Source: Candidatus Latescibacterota bacterium
Lineage (GTDB): Bacteria > Latescibacterota > UBA2968 > UBA8231
Assembly: GCA_965203175.1 (NCBI GenBank)
Contig: OZ241867.1
Coordinates: 6,515,470 to 6,579,469, forward strand
DNA length: 64,000 nucleotides
Direction of reading: 5' to 3'
Each line of letters starts with the position of its first letter. The stretch's first letter is position 1. The notes below the pieces were generated by a model, which was not told where the DNA came from, ran no database searches, and saw only the letters and a list, made by a program, of their open reading frames with translations. The position numbers were made by a program, and so were the translations under genes. Positions 18,101-27,448 of the stretch are shown here, one piece after another.

Positions 18101-18487
18101 CAAATCGCCGTACCAGGCCCAGTCGTACTCGGTATCGGCCGCAGAGTGGATACCCACAAAACCACCGCCACTGCGAATGTAGCGCTCGAAAGCTCGCTCT
18201 TGCTCAGCGGCTAGGACGTCGCCGGTCGTATTGAGAAAAATCACCGCCCGATACGGTGCCAATCCCTCGTCGGTAAAACGCCCCGCGTCCTCAGTGGCCT
18301 CGACGGCAAAACCGTTTTCCCGCCCCAAGGCCTGGACGGCGGCAATGCCGTCGGGAATGGAGTCGTGGCGGAAACCAGCGGCTTTAGTAAAAATCAAGAC
18401 GGCCACATGCTGATCATCAAAAGGTTCCGCAAGAACTTGGGAAAGTCCTACAAACAACAGTGCGACGGGCCAACGCGTAGTTTTCAA
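15125..18487 (-). CDS. Secreted multidomain protein: ThuA-like + PQQ-dependent glucose/sorbosone dehydrogenase + PKD + CBM6 + T9SS type-A-like CTD
   Basis: FTKAAGFRHDSIPDG and GGGFVGIHSAADTEYDW (ThuA); CCHSGGALAFGPDGNLYIGVGD and YVMGVRNPFR (GSDH); YAWDFTGDG (PKD); NIGFIAHGDWISF (CBM6); YPNPFNPT..RRMVLLR. Confidence 0.9.
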   Translation of the reverse strand: MKTTRWPVALLFVGLSQVLAEPFDDQHVAVLIFTKAAGFRHDSIPDGIAAVQALGRENGFAVEATEDAGRFTDEGLAPYRAVIFLNTTGDVLAAEQERAFERYIRSGGGFVGIHSAADTEYDWAWYGDLVGAYFDSHPAIQQGQIHVADRVHPATSHLSARWERRDEWYNYRRNPRGRVHILATLDEGSYDGGNHGFDHPIAWCHDYDGGRSWYTGGGHTRESYGEPLFMQHILGGIEYATGVTAADCGVTLDTNFAKVVLDSEAENPIDLAVAPDGRVFFIERKGELNVYRPDLGLTRLAGQLAVSTDFEDGLLGIALDPDFVRNNWLYLFYSPHGEEAKQHVSRFELDGDELVLDSEVVLLEIPTQRRACCHSGGALAFGPDGNLYIGVGDNTNPFDSDGFSPLDERPDRRDWDAQRTAANSADLRGKILRIKPQDDGSYSIPPGNLFAEAEEGRPEIYVMGVRNPFRLSIDRKSGWLYWGDVGPDARQADPQRGPIGLDEWNQARAAGNFGWPYCIGDNQPYVAYDFATESSGMPFDCGALRNLSPNNTGLQSLPPAQAAWVWYPYGTSSAFPEIIADSGRTALAGPVYYYDAAAGDKKLPEYYDGTLFMYEWASNWIKEVKLDEDGNILKINPFLDSMEFIRPISMQFGPDGSLYVLEWGSGFWGDNDDARVVRIDYVRGTRAPVPRIEAVPTNGAAPLEVHFSGRNSFDPDPGSMLDYAWDFTGDGEIDATGLEVVFTYEVSGDYIAQLMVSDAEGNQGVAQVPISVGNTVPEVEIVRPPDGGFFSWGEVVDFEVRAFDEEDGTADCARVVLQAFIGHDEHSHPLEEYGACSGSFQTEAGHGGDGDDLFYTIEARYTDRGTESVAPLTGRAGHILQPKRKQAEHYTRQSGVLLETTGDEAGGGQNIGFIAHGDWISFAPMNLEGIESLNYRVASAGLGGRIEVRVDSLKGPPISAVRVGSTGAWQVYTDLAAPIADPGGTHELFFIFLRNPGDDGLFNINWIDFQGPGVSRPSATAVEAESSSQGSLPGQPVLYPPYPNPFNPTAQIRFVLPERMAVRLEVFDILGQRVDVVINEALDAGSHAVRFGRADLASGVYIVRLATLGGDLVRRMVLLR

Positions 18488-20460
18488 AACATCCGAATCC
18501 TATTCCCGGTCATACCTGTAAACCCATCGACGACCATCCAGAAGCCTCCAGCGACGAACTGCCCCAATACCATGCCAAGAAAAAACCACCGCGTCGCCTT
18601 GTACCCATTCGGCCCAGTATACTTCAACACGAGAGCCTTGACCAGCCACGCGAGGAAAATGCTAAACCAGACGCTGTTGAGGATCCAGGTGCCGCTAGCC
18701 AAATAACCCAGCGGATGGAAGGGCCACCACAAAAGGTGGTGCCGCGCCCAGATCAACAGCGCCATAATCGCCGCGCCGACTCCGTTCCACAGCCAGCCAT
18801 CCCAATTGGGGCCAGTCGGATTGAGCGCAAAGTTTTGCGCCACGCGAAACGGCTCCTTGGCAAACCACGCCCACGAACCGTGGTAGTTGTTCGCGCCGTA
18901 GTGGTAGCTCAGCACGAGGATCGTGCAAACCCCGCCCACGAGGCCAATGGCCATGGCCATCCCGATCATCGCGAGGATGCGGCGTTTGTAGCGGCTCAGG
19001 CCGTGCAACATGCGAATGCCGTTGGCGCAGGGAGCCATCATAAACACCAGCAGGTCGCCAGCCCAAGCGAGCGTCATGCCCGTGGCCAGCACCCCAGCCA
19101 CCCCAAGGGACGAGGAGCCGACGCTGGAGATGAGAAAGCCGCAGCCCGACATGCCCTGGACGGCCGCGGCCAAACCAGCTTCGACGATCATCCGCGTCAG
19201 GGCCAAAAAAATGACAAACGCCCCGAACAGATAGACGAAGACCGCCCACAGCGGCAGGCCAGAACGCCATAGCCACAGCGACATAACCGCGAGGCCCAGC
19301 GCAACCCCGAGGGTCGCCGTGCGGTACGACATCAGTTCCTCGCCATCGGACCGCCCCTCCCGCCGCCAGAGGTGCTGCACAACGTGCCATATATGGACGC
19401 GCGCCGTCCACAGTCCCAAAATCACCATGACGATCATCGCGCCCATGGTCTGATGGCTCAGCAGGCCCATGGTCGGCCCCTCAAAGGTGTGGCTGAAAAT
19501 GTCTAGATTCTCGGTGCTCAAGATGCCGATGCGGGTAAAGAGTACCTCCTCGGCTTTGACCAACAAATAGAAGAACCACAAGCTAAAGGTGATGTTGGCG
19601 TTGACTAGATAGGCTAGTCCCATCCACATGCAGTCGAAGCGCAAGTAAAACCGCACCGCGTCATGGGCCAGCGGCATCGAATAAGCAAAGTTGATGCGAC
19701 CGATGAACTCGTAGTAGTGGCTCAAGGCATTGACCCCGTGCAGCACAAACGGCACGGCCAGCCCCAGCCACATCGCGGGATTCTTCAGGAAGGGTTTGAC
19801 TCGCGAGGGCGTCGCCTCATCCTCGACCATGCCCAGCGGTACCTGCGTCAGCGGGTAGAGCAGCCGCTCGTGGTCCATCCACTGCCGCCGCAAGATGACC
19901 ATCGAACACACGACGACCACGTAGAACGCAGCCATAAACAACAGCCACCACAAAAGCGGCTCCAGCCAAGCGCCCCACGGGATCGCCGCACCTTCCGGCA
20001 GGCCCTCGTAAAAACCTTGAATGGCTTGGGCATCGTAGGGAATGAGCCAAGTGGGGACGTGCGGGAGGAGCAGCTCCTCCCAGTTGTTTTCCGGGCTAGC
20101 GAAGTAGAAGATGCCGGTCAGAATCGGCACCGCAATGCTGATGAAACCCCGCGCGGCAATGGCAGTGGTAATCATCATCATCACCGCAATACTCAACAAC
20201 TCGGCGCGGCTAAAAAGCCAGTCTCGCCGCACCAAGCCGAGCAGCGGCTGCACGAGCGCCACGAGCAAAAAGAGCAAGAAAAAGGCGGCCGGCGTCGAGG
20301 AATTCAGCCCGAGCTGGGTGCCGTTGAGGACGAATTCCCCGTACGGCAGGCCCACGGCAATCGCGCCACACAGCACGGCCCCCACGAGCATGGCGCGCAC
20401 GCTGATTCCGGCGCGGTGCGCGGATTTCCTCGAATCGTCCATAGCGCGTGGTTCGCTCAA
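18484..20460 (-). CDS. Polytopic membrane protein, putative OPT-like transporter (DUF6785/DUF6784-like)
   Basis: About 16 hydrophobic segments; LRRQWMDHERLLYPL, WWPFHPLGY and FFLGMVLGQF motifs. Confidence 0.8.
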   Translation of the reverse strand: MSEPRAMDDSRKSAHRAGISVRAMLVGAVLCGAIAVGLPYGEFVLNGTQLGLNSSTPAAFFLLFLLVALVQPLLGLVRRDWLFSRAELLSIAVMMMITTAIAARGFISIAVPILTGIFYFASPENNWEELLLPHVPTWLIPYDAQAIQGFYEGLPEGAAIPWGAWLEPLLWWLLFMAAFYVVVVCSMVILRRQWMDHERLLYPLTQVPLGMVEDEATPSRVKPFLKNPAMWLGLAVPFVLHGVNALSHYYEFIGRINFAYSMPLAHDAVRFYLRFDCMWMGLAYLVNANITFSLWFFYLLVKAEEVLFTRIGILSTENLDIFSHTFEGPTMGLLSHQTMGAMIVMVILGLWTARVHIWHVVQHLWRREGRSDGEELMSYRTATLGVALGLAVMSLWLWRSGLPLWAVFVYLFGAFVIFLALTRMIVEAGLAAAVQGMSGCGFLISSVGSSSLGVAGVLATGMTLAWAGDLLVFMMAPCANGIRMLHGLSRYKRRILAMIGMAMAIGLVGGVCTILVLSYHYGANNYHGSWAWFAKEPFRVAQNFALNPTGPNWDGWLWNGVGAAIMALLIWARHHLLWWPFHPLGYLASGTWILNSVWFSIFLAWLVKALVLKYTGPNGYKATRWFFLGMVLGQFVAGGFWMVVDGFTGMTGNRIRMF

Positions 20461-21425
20461 CTTAGCGCGACCCGCCGCCCCTCTGCCGCAGCCACCTCAG
20501 CACCCAAGCCGATGCGGATGGCTTCAAGGGCCACATCCAAGTCGGCGCGCCAACCGTCCCCACCGCGCACTTCTTTTACAAACAAGCTCTCCAGCGAGTG
20601 CTCGTCGTCTCCAGGCGGAGGCAGCGATTCCGCGCCAGCCGCCGTCGAGCAGCACCAACTGTCGGCTTCGTACGCCAGCGTCCCCCCCTCCAGCACCAAG
20701 TGCTCGTACTGCTCGGCACGGTTGATGGCAATGCCCCCAGCCCAAGTCCACTGCGCCGTACCACCTCCTGCAAATCCCACCACCGCGCGGTTGACAAAGC
20801 GCTCGTACGCGCCGTCGGCATTCAGACCGTCGTAATGGGCATAGCCCTCGACCCAAGCGGCCGGGCCGAACAAATCGACTAGCGGATAGACGTGATAGAC
20901 AAAAAACAAGCTAGGCGGCCCGGAAACGCGCAGGTTAAACAACACCTCGGGCCGCGCTCCTCGCCCCGGGGTCAGGCGCGTAAACAGGGCGACCAATAAG
21001 CCGCCGAGGGAAGCCGCCGCCTCTTTGAACTGTCGGTGCTCGACCGATACCACTTCGGGATGGGCTACGCGCAGCACCTTGCCGGTCGCCCGCGCCAAGT
21101 CCACCAAGGATTCTCCTTCGTCGAGTCGGCGCGCCAAGGGGTATTCCAAGAATACGTGTTTGCCCGCTTTTAGGGCGGCTGCGGCAATGGGAGCGTGGCT
21201 GTCGTTGTTGGTGCAAATCGCCACCGCGTCTATATCGACTCGCTCGATCAGGGCCTGCCAATGGCTCAACAACTCCACCTCGTGCTGCTGGGCCAGTTCG
21301 ACCCCGGTGCGCTCGTTGCGGGCAGCTAGTGCCGTTAGCTGACAACCCTCCATGGCCGCAAAAGCAGCGGCCCGGCGTTGGGCCATGCCGCCCGACCCGA
21401 TCAAACCCAAGCGAATAGCTTTCAT
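20457..21425 (-). CDS. Gfo/Idh/MocA oxidoreductase (EYP, biliverdin-reductase-like variant)
   Basis: LGLIGSGGMA Rossmann motif; ALKAGKHVFLEYPLA. Confidence 0.9.
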   Translation of the reverse strand: MKAIRLGLIGSGGMAQRRAAAFAAMEGCQLTALAARNERTGVELAQQHEVELLSHWQALIERVDIDAVAICTNNDSHAPIAAAALKAGKHVFLEYPLARRLDEGESLVDLARATGKVLRVAHPEVVSVEHRQFKEAAASLGGLLVALFTRLTPGRGARPEVLFNLRVSGPPSLFFVYHVYPLVDLFGPAAWVEGYAHYDGLNADGAYERFVNRAVVGFAGGGTAQWTWAGGIAINRAEQYEHLVLEGGTLAYEADSWCCSTAAGAESLPPPGDDEHSLESLFVKEVRGGDGWRADLDVALEAIRIGLGAEVAAAEGRRVALS

Positions 21426-21464
21426 CTGCCAAATTTCCTTGCCAAATTTTCGGATTCTGACTGC

Positions 21465-21502
21465 CGTTTAAGTATGCCTCTTGGCCATCTCCATGTCCAC
21501 TT
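21465..21502 (-). promoter_or_regulatory. Sigma70-like promoter TGGACA-N17-CATACT (copy 1)
   Basis: Minus strand AAGTGGACA..AAGAGGCATACTTAAACG, about 40 nt upstream of ATG 21425. 32/38 identical to 37084-37121. Confidence 0.65.
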
Positions 21503-21612
21503 TGTCCCGACTTTTTGGTTTGTGTCGCATAGCTGGCGATTGTATATTTAGCCTCTTCAATAAAGCTTGCAAAGGTTGCAAGTTCGCTCAAACCACCACA
21601 AGGAGAGCAAGA

Positions 21613-22548
21613 ATGAAGTTATTGATTGCGTGCGGCTTTAGCCTAGCCTTAATCGGAGCCGCAAACGCCCAGTTCAACGATCCGCCGGCCCTCGAAAATC
21701 GCAACGGCCGGCTCGGCTTTGAGTTTTACATGCTCGAAGTCCCCGATCCCAGTTCCATGACGGCCGATGGCGACGCCAGCGACTGGGGCTGGTTCGATCC
21801 CGAGTACACCCTCACCATGGATGAGTGGCGCGACGAAGCCGATCGTCCCCTGCCCGAGCGCGATGACTACAACGTCACCACCCTCATGGGCTGGAAAGGC
21901 GGCGATGTCAACCGCTGGTACGTGCATATGGAAATTGTCGACGACGTCCTCTGCCACTGGGGCACTAACGTCGAGCAATGGCACGCCGACATGATCGAAT
22001 TTTCCCTCGACCCGACGGATCACGGTCGCGAATTCGGCACCGGTTGGGTCATGGAATACATCGCCCGCCCGGGCGACATGGTGCCGCCGCAGAACGTGCG
22101 CTATCGCTGGACTCAGGACGATAAGCCCCCAGCGTGGAAGGAAAACAACGAGGTCATCGAGTTCGCCGTCCGCGTCGATCCGCCCGAAGCTTGGGCCGCT
22201 GAAGTGTGGGACGCCGGTGGGACCACGTATTACGAGTGGAACTACGAGGTCAAGAGATTCATGGAAGACGGCGGGCCGTCGGTCAGCGAGACCTTCCAGT
22301 TGGATGCCGTTGCCGGGGAAGACGGCGCGGGCCTAGCCTTCAACCTGTGGGCTGAGGACAGCGAGCCAACAGGAGACGACGGCGACCGCGCCTCTTCAGT
22401 GGTCAACGACATGACCACGCGCGGCCCCGAAGCCTCGGCGCGGCAGTATTACGCTCATGCCCTGCTGCTCCGCATCGGCGAGTACGCCGCCGCAACGTCC
22501 GTGGAAGAGTCAACTTGGGCACAGATCAAGGATTCTTTCGGCCGCTAA
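21613..22548 (+). CDS. Secreted acidic protein (DOMON/CBM9-like fold suspected) with TSVEESTWAQIK tail
   Basis: AGGAG RBS, ATG 21613, signal peptide ANA-Q. ADGDASDW and DMIEFSLDP resemble CBM9/DOMON motifs. Confidence 0.8.
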   Translation: MKLLIACGFSLALIGAANAQFNDPPALENRNGRLGFEFYMLEVPDPSSMTADGDASDWGWFDPEYTLTMDEWRDEADRPLPERDDYNVTTLMGWKGGDVNRWYVHMEIVDDVLCHWGTNVEQWHADMIEFSLDPTDHGREFGTGWVMEYIARPGDMVPPQNVRYRWTQDDKPPAWKENNEVIEFAVRVDPPEAWAAEVWDAGGTTYYEWNYEVKRFMEDGGPSVSETFQLDAVAGEDGAGLAFNLWAEDSEPTGDDGDRASSVVNDMTTRGPEASARQYYAHALLLRIGEYAAATSVEESTWAQIKDSFGR

Positions 22549-22555
22549 ACCCCTC

Positions 22556-22656
22556 GGAGCGGCTTCGCGGCCGAATGCCGTCGTGGAGCCGCTCCACCTC
22601 ACATCGAGAATTCTCTTCAGGGCGGGTGCGCGTTATCAGGTGCCCGCCCACTTTTG
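22556..22656 (+). terminator. Two intergenic hairpins; the second is terminator-like
   Basis: GGAGCGGCTTC..GGAGCCGCTCC (22556-22595), then GGGCGGGTGC..GTGCCCGCCC followed by ACTTTTG (22620-22656). Confidence 0.55.
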
Positions 22657-22698
22657 CATCTTCACTGGCGTCGCCTTGGTAGGTAGAGAGAACGTACA

Positions 22699-23418
22699 AT
22701 GCGCGGATGCTTATGGATCGCGGTGCTCATCTTCCTCGTCAGCGGTTGTGGGCGCTATTTCCCCCAACCGCTGCGGCCCACGCCCCAACAGGCCGAGGGC
22801 ATAACCGTCAACGACGACGGCTCCGTCACCTACGCACGCGAGCGGCTGGCCATCACCCTAAGGCCAATGACCGACGCCGAACTCAACCGGCAATTTCCCC
22901 AAGCCTCGACCGGCGGTGCTGCCGCAGTCAATCCCTATACCTTTGGCGATTGGGCCCCACCCGGCGACGACTGGACGCCTTCCCGCTTTTTGGTGATGAA
23001 ACTAGGCGTCGCCAATTACCAGTTCCCCAAGGTCGTCATCGACCCTCTCAAAGCCACGATCAAAGCGGCCAACAATCAAATCTACCGCGCCTTGAGCTAC
23101 GCCGAGCTGTACGAATACTACCGATCGTACTGGCAGGCCAACTCCGGCCAAGGCCGAATCGAATTCAGGGCCCGCACCGACATTCTCAAGCAAACCATGT
23201 TCACCAATGCCTTCATCTTCAGTGGCCGCGACGAGGAAGGGTACATCGTCTTTCCCCGTTTGGACGACGAAATACAGCGCATCCAAGTGGAAATCGCCGA
23301 CATCGCCATCCGCTTCAATTTCGAGGACAAACCCGTGGAGACCATTGACCTCAGCGTTTCTTTCGAGCGCGAGGTACTCAAGGGGAACGCGCCCCACAGC
23401 GCGGTTCCATTGAACTGA
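22699..23418 (+). CDS. Hypothetical lipoprotein heading the discoidin/barrel operon
   Basis: Lipobox LVSGC; ends 5 nt before the next gene. Confidence 0.8.
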   Translation: MRGCLWIAVLIFLVSGCGRYFPQPLRPTPQQAEGITVNDDGSVTYARERLAITLRPMTDAELNRQFPQASTGGAAAVNPYTFGDWAPPGDDWTPSRFLVMKLGVANYQFPKVVIDPLKATIKAANNQIYRALSYAELYEYYRSYWQANSGQGRIEFRARTDILKQTMFTNAFIFSGRDEEGYIVFPRLDDEIQRIQVEIADIAIRFNFEDKPVETIDLSVSFEREVLKGNAPHSAVPLN

Positions 23419-23423
23419 GAATC

Positions 23424-25433
23424 ATGTGGCCCCCTTGCTCCCTTCCGCTTGGCCGTGTCGCCGCTGTCTGCATGATGATAGGGCTGGGAGCACGGCTGGG
23501 GCTGGCCGAGGTGGAAACATACCACCTAGGCCGCGGCGGCTTGTCATGGTCTTCTCAGGCGGATATCCAAAACGGAACCGTAGGGGTTGAGGGCGCGCTA
23601 CAGCCGCTGGAGTTGCGCCGCGGCCAGAACCTAATGGAGTTGCTGCGAGCCGCAGGTCAGACTTGGCTCAACGGCAGCCCCAGCGATTTTATCAAGCCCG
23701 GACAGCCGCGCACTTGGTCCAACGACGGCCCCTTCAATCAGGTAAACGGCCCCCTGCAACTCGTCGACGGCGACCCTTCCAGTTCGTCAGAAGGCGCGTT
23801 CCGAACGGCGCGCAACCAAGCGGGGGCCACGTTTTTTTGGGACCTCGGCGCTCCTTTTCCCATAGAACGCGTGCGTTTTGCGCCAGCACCCGGCGAGCTA
23901 GATTGGTTCATCAAGGCATTTGAACTGCGGGTGAGCGACGGCGAGCAGTTCGACGAGGTCCGGCGACCCGTCTATCACCTGCTGAGCCGCGTCGAGGACA
24001 ACAAGGACCCCGTGGTCGAGCTTTCCTTCAACGGAGTGCAGGGGCGCTTTCTCCGGCTCAAGGTGCTCTCGCGCAATCCCTTCAACCTCGCGGAATTCGA
24101 GGTGTACGGCGAGGGATTCGTGCCGGTGTCCAGCTATGTCTCGCAGCTCCATTCCTTTGGGCGACCCGTGAATTTCGGGCGGCTCGTAGTGCGGGCCGAG
24201 CGGTTGAACCGCGGCGCAGCAGGCGACACCGCGATCGTGCGCTTGCAGCTACGCAGCGGCATGGACGACACGCCCCTAGCCTATTTTCGCCGCGACCGCG
24301 ACACCGGCGTCCGCGAAGAAGTATCCCTGTCCGAGTACAACAATCTGCCCAGACGCGCCCTGTACCGCCGCGATCCCGACACGGGAGCTGTGCTAGGAGA
24401 AGTAACGAGGACCGAGTATCTCTCACTGCCGTTGGCCGAGGTTGGGCCAGCGCGCGACTTTGTGCAGGCCGACATCCGCGAGGATGTGGAGAATTGGAGT
24501 TCTTGGACCCCACCACTGCAACTCGATTCGTCGGCTACGGTCGTCATGCCGTTGGGTCTGCCAAGTCCGCGCGAATTCTTGCAGTTCCGCATCTTTTTCA
24601 ACGGACATGCCGCGAGCACCATGCGCCTCGATAGCTTGGTAGTGGAGTTTTCTCCCGGACTGGTCAGCACAGCCGTCGGCGAAGTCGCATTGGCCACTGA
24701 TCCCAATCCCGGCGACGGCGTCTTGGCCGTTCCGAGCGGGGTCGATACTTCCTTTGTCTGCGACATCCTCACCCAATTCGACGAAGACGATCTAGCGGGC
24801 TTTCGCGGCCTCAAGCTCACCGCTTTTCCACCGCCCGTGTTTGAGCGGCTGCAAATGGGCGATCCCCTCGTCGAGGTCGCGGACGTCGAGGTCGAGCCTA
24901 TCGCCGAGGGTTTTCACGTCTTTTTCCCGCCGGTGACGCGCCAAAACAACCAGCCCATGCGGCTGACCTTTAGGCTGCGGCTGCTGGAGTACCATACGCC
25001 ACTGAACGCTTTCTTGCTCGGCGACGGCAATGTGCCGCCGCATCCGATTGTGGCCGGCAATGCCAGTGCCGAGGTGGGAACGGGATCCATTCATATTTTT
25101 GCCGCAAGCGCCACGCCCTCGGTCGAAACCCTCCTCTCGACCGCCGTACTCACGCCCAACGGCGATGGGGTCAACGACGAGGTCGAAGTCTCCGCGGTGC
25201 TGACGCAATTTGCCGGCGAGGTGCCGCTGGCTATCGAAATCTTTGACCTTTCTGGTCTCCGGGTGCGGGAGCTGATTGCCGCGCCCCGGGCCGCGGGAGT
25301 CTATCGCGAAACCTGGGACGGCCGGGATGGGACCGGCGCAAGGGTCGCGCCCGGTCTGTACCTATGTCGGATCGGGGTAAGCTCGGATATTGCCTCGACC
25401 ACCGCGACACAACTCATAGGAGTGGCGTATTGA
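23424..25433 (+). CDS. Secreted discoidin-like protein with FlgD-Ig/CHU_C-like CTD
   Basis: WDLGAPFPIERVRF..RFLRLK..AEFEVYGEGF; NFGRL; WSSWT; LTPNGDGVND..WDGRDGTGARVAPGLY..LIGVAY. Confidence 0.85.
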   Translation: MWPPCSLPLGRVAAVCMMIGLGARLGLAEVETYHLGRGGLSWSSQADIQNGTVGVEGALQPLELRRGQNLMELLRAAGQTWLNGSPSDFIKPGQPRTWSNDGPFNQVNGPLQLVDGDPSSSSEGAFRTARNQAGATFFWDLGAPFPIERVRFAPAPGELDWFIKAFELRVSDGEQFDEVRRPVYHLLSRVEDNKDPVVELSFNGVQGRFLRLKVLSRNPFNLAEFEVYGEGFVPVSSYVSQLHSFGRPVNFGRLVVRAERLNRGAAGDTAIVRLQLRSGMDDTPLAYFRRDRDTGVREEVSLSEYNNLPRRALYRRDPDTGAVLGEVTRTEYLSLPLAEVGPARDFVQADIREDVENWSSWTPPLQLDSSATVVMPLGLPSPREFLQFRIFFNGHAASTMRLDSLVVEFSPGLVSTAVGEVALATDPNPGDGVLAVPSGVDTSFVCDILTQFDEDDLAGFRGLKLTAFPPPVFERLQMGDPLVEVADVEVEPIAEGFHVFFPPVTRQNNQPMRLTFRLRLLEYHTPLNAFLLGDGNVPPHPIVAGNASAEVGTGSIHIFAASATPSVETLLSTAVLTPNGDGVNDEVEVSAVLTQFAGEVPLAIEIFDLSGLRVRELIAAPRAAGVYRETWDGRDGTGARVAPGLYLCRIGVSSDIASTTATQLIGVAY

Positions 25434-27448
25434 CCGCTTTCTTGCTAGTGCCGCTGCTGTTGCTCGCTGGGGCGGCTTGGGGGCAGGCGTCGTCATGGGT
25501 CGTCGGCTCAAGTGGCGAACCCTGGGCCGATGTGGCCGAGCGCTGGATCGCCCTCGACGACTCTGTGCGCCTTGGAGCCGTCCAGCCTCGCTCCGTGCCC
25601 CCAGGACACAACGTGCTGCGCGGGTTGGTGCGCGCAACGGGTGTTGCCGCTCAAGTCAACATCTTCGACTACCCATGGGCCTTTACCAAAGACCCGGACC
25701 GGCTGGAGACCGAGAACCAATTTGTGGGTTGGCATCCGCGCATGTGGGGCGGCAACGGAGCGGTAATGCGCGGCCTCATAGATGGCGACGAGCTGACCGC
25801 CTCTTTCGTTCACCCGCCGCTCGTCGACGGGCGGCCCAATGCTGCGGTGTTCTATACGCTCGACTTGGGCGTGCCCATCGCCCTCGACAGCCTCGTCTTC
25901 TTCCCGCCCCAAAGCGGCTTTACCGACGACAATAGACGCCAGCGCAACGTCTTCCCCGTGGGCTACGAAGTAACGCGCACCAACACGCCCACAGACTGGC
26001 TCATTTTCGAGGATGAAGCCGTCGCGTTCGGGTCGCCCGGCTACCACCCGCTCGACGAGCTAGTCGGCAGCACCTTTTCCAACAACCAGAGCATCGTATC
26101 GTTGCGGCCGCCTCTGCGCTTTACGCGCTTTTTGCGCTTCAAGTTCGGCGGCGTCACATCGCTGGGCATTCTCGCCGAGATACAGGCCTTTGGCCGCGGC
26201 TATCCCCAAGTGGCGCGTTACTTGTCGCAAGTTAAGTCCTTTGGCGAGCCAGTGAGTCTCGGTCGGCTTACTTGGCACTTCACACGCTACCAGCAGACGA
26301 GTTCCGGCCGCATCGTCGAAGATCCCGCGGCCCCGGTCCAGCTCATCATCCAGACGCGCTCCGGCACGGACGACGATCCAATCGACCACTTTATTTTTGA
26401 CGAACTCAGTCGCCTCCTCAAAGTGGATCGCCCTACCTACCAAGACGCGCCGAGAGTCGTGCACGCCGCCTACGCGCGCGCGCCTGGATTCCAAGCGAGT
26501 CGAGGAGAGGATACGGAGAATTGGACGCCTTGGTCCATTGCCTACGTGGAGTCGGGCGACGAGGTGCGCTCGGCCGATGGCGGGGCATTCTTCCAGTTTC
26601 GCTTTGAGATCGCCACGGAGCAGCCCTTTGCCTTTGGCGTGCTGGACAGCGTGGCCTTTGAGGTGTCGCCTCTGTTGGCCGACAGCGTGCTGGCCGAGGT
26701 CTCGCTCGCCGGACCACTGCCCGACCCCAAAGTCCCACTAGGCGTGGATACTACGTTTGTCTATGACATTCGCACAGTTTTCGCCACCAGCGGCCGCGTG
26801 GGGTTTGACGCGATCGAATTAGACGTGCCTCCGGGCGCACACTTTCTCGGCTTAGAGATTGACGAAGTGCCTGCGCAGGAAGGCGCGGATTTTTCCTTCG
26901 TCGCCACACCCAACAAATTCAGCTTCACTTTTCCGCGAGTTTTTGTCGAGGACGCGTCGTTCCGCGTGCGCTACCGCAGTGCGATCTACCAAGCATCGCT
27001 CTTTTTAGAGGGGCAATTGATCAACCGAGACCCACAGGCCACCCTCCTGCCCCAGTCGATTGAAGCGGGCGATGCGCGCGCGGACGTCGCCAGCAACAGC
27101 ATCCAAGTAGTAGCCAGCGAGGAAGAGCTGAGCGTCTTGGGCGCGCTGCGGCTGTCTTCACCAGTCGTAACGCCCAACGGCGACGGAGCCAACGACATCG
27201 TCGTCGCGGCCTTTGATTTATTTGGCGTCAACGGAGCGCCGACCACCATGGAAGTGCGAGACCTCGCCGGACGCCGCGTCGCCACCCTGCTCAGCGCCAC
27301 GTCCCAAGCCGGCTCCTACGCGCCGACTTGGGACGGCACGGACACAGATGGGGAGTTGGTGCCTCCCGGCCTCTACTTGGTGCAGATAGAGGTCGAGATT
27401 GACTTGGGCGTGGAGACGCAGACGTACGCGGTCGCCGTCGCCTATTGA
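25430..27448 (+). CDS. Secreted discoidin-like protein with FlgD-Ig/CHU_C-like CTD
   Basis: TTG start overlapping the previous stop, with AGGAG RBS; signal AWG-Q. LDLGVPIALDSLVFFP..AEIQAFGRGY; VTPNGDGAND..WDGTDTDGELVPPGLY..AVAVAY. Confidence 0.85.
   Translation: MTAFLLVPLLLLAGAAWGQASSWVVGSSGEPWADVAERWIALDDSVRLGAVQPRSVPPGHNVLRGLVRATGVAAQVNIFDYPWAFTKDPDRLETENQFVGWHPRMWGGNGAVMRGLIDGDELTASFVHPPLVDGRPNAAVFYTLDLGVPIALDSLVFFPPQSGFTDDNRRQRNVFPVGYEVTRTNTPTDWLIFEDEAVAFGSPGYHPLDELVGSTFSNNQSIVSLRPPLRFTRFLRFKFGGVTSLGILAEIQAFGRGYPQVARYLSQVKSFGEPVSLGRLTWHFTRYQQTSSGRIVEDPAAPVQLIIQTRSGTDDDPIDHFIFDELSRLLKVDRPTYQDAPRVVHAAYARAPGFQASRGEDTENWTPWSIAYVESGDEVRSADGGAFFQFRFEIATEQPFAFGVLDSVAFEVSPLLADSVLAEVSLAGPLPDPKVPLGVDTTFVYDIRTVFATSGRVGFDAIELDVPPGAHFLGLEIDEVPAQEGADFSFVATPNKFSFTFPRVFVEDASFRVRYRSAIYQASLFLEGQLINRDPQATLLPQSIEAGDARADVASNSIQVVASEEELSVLGALRLSSPVVTPNGDGANDIVVAAFDLFGVNGAPTTMEVRDLAGRRVATLLSATSQAGSYAPTWDGTDTDGELVPPGLYLVQIEVEIDLGVETQTYAVAVAY

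Noticed and set aside
21427-21449. TGCCAAATTT direct repeat x2 before the 21425 start
   Set aside because: A single occurrence overlapping the RBS region; not enough to call an operator.
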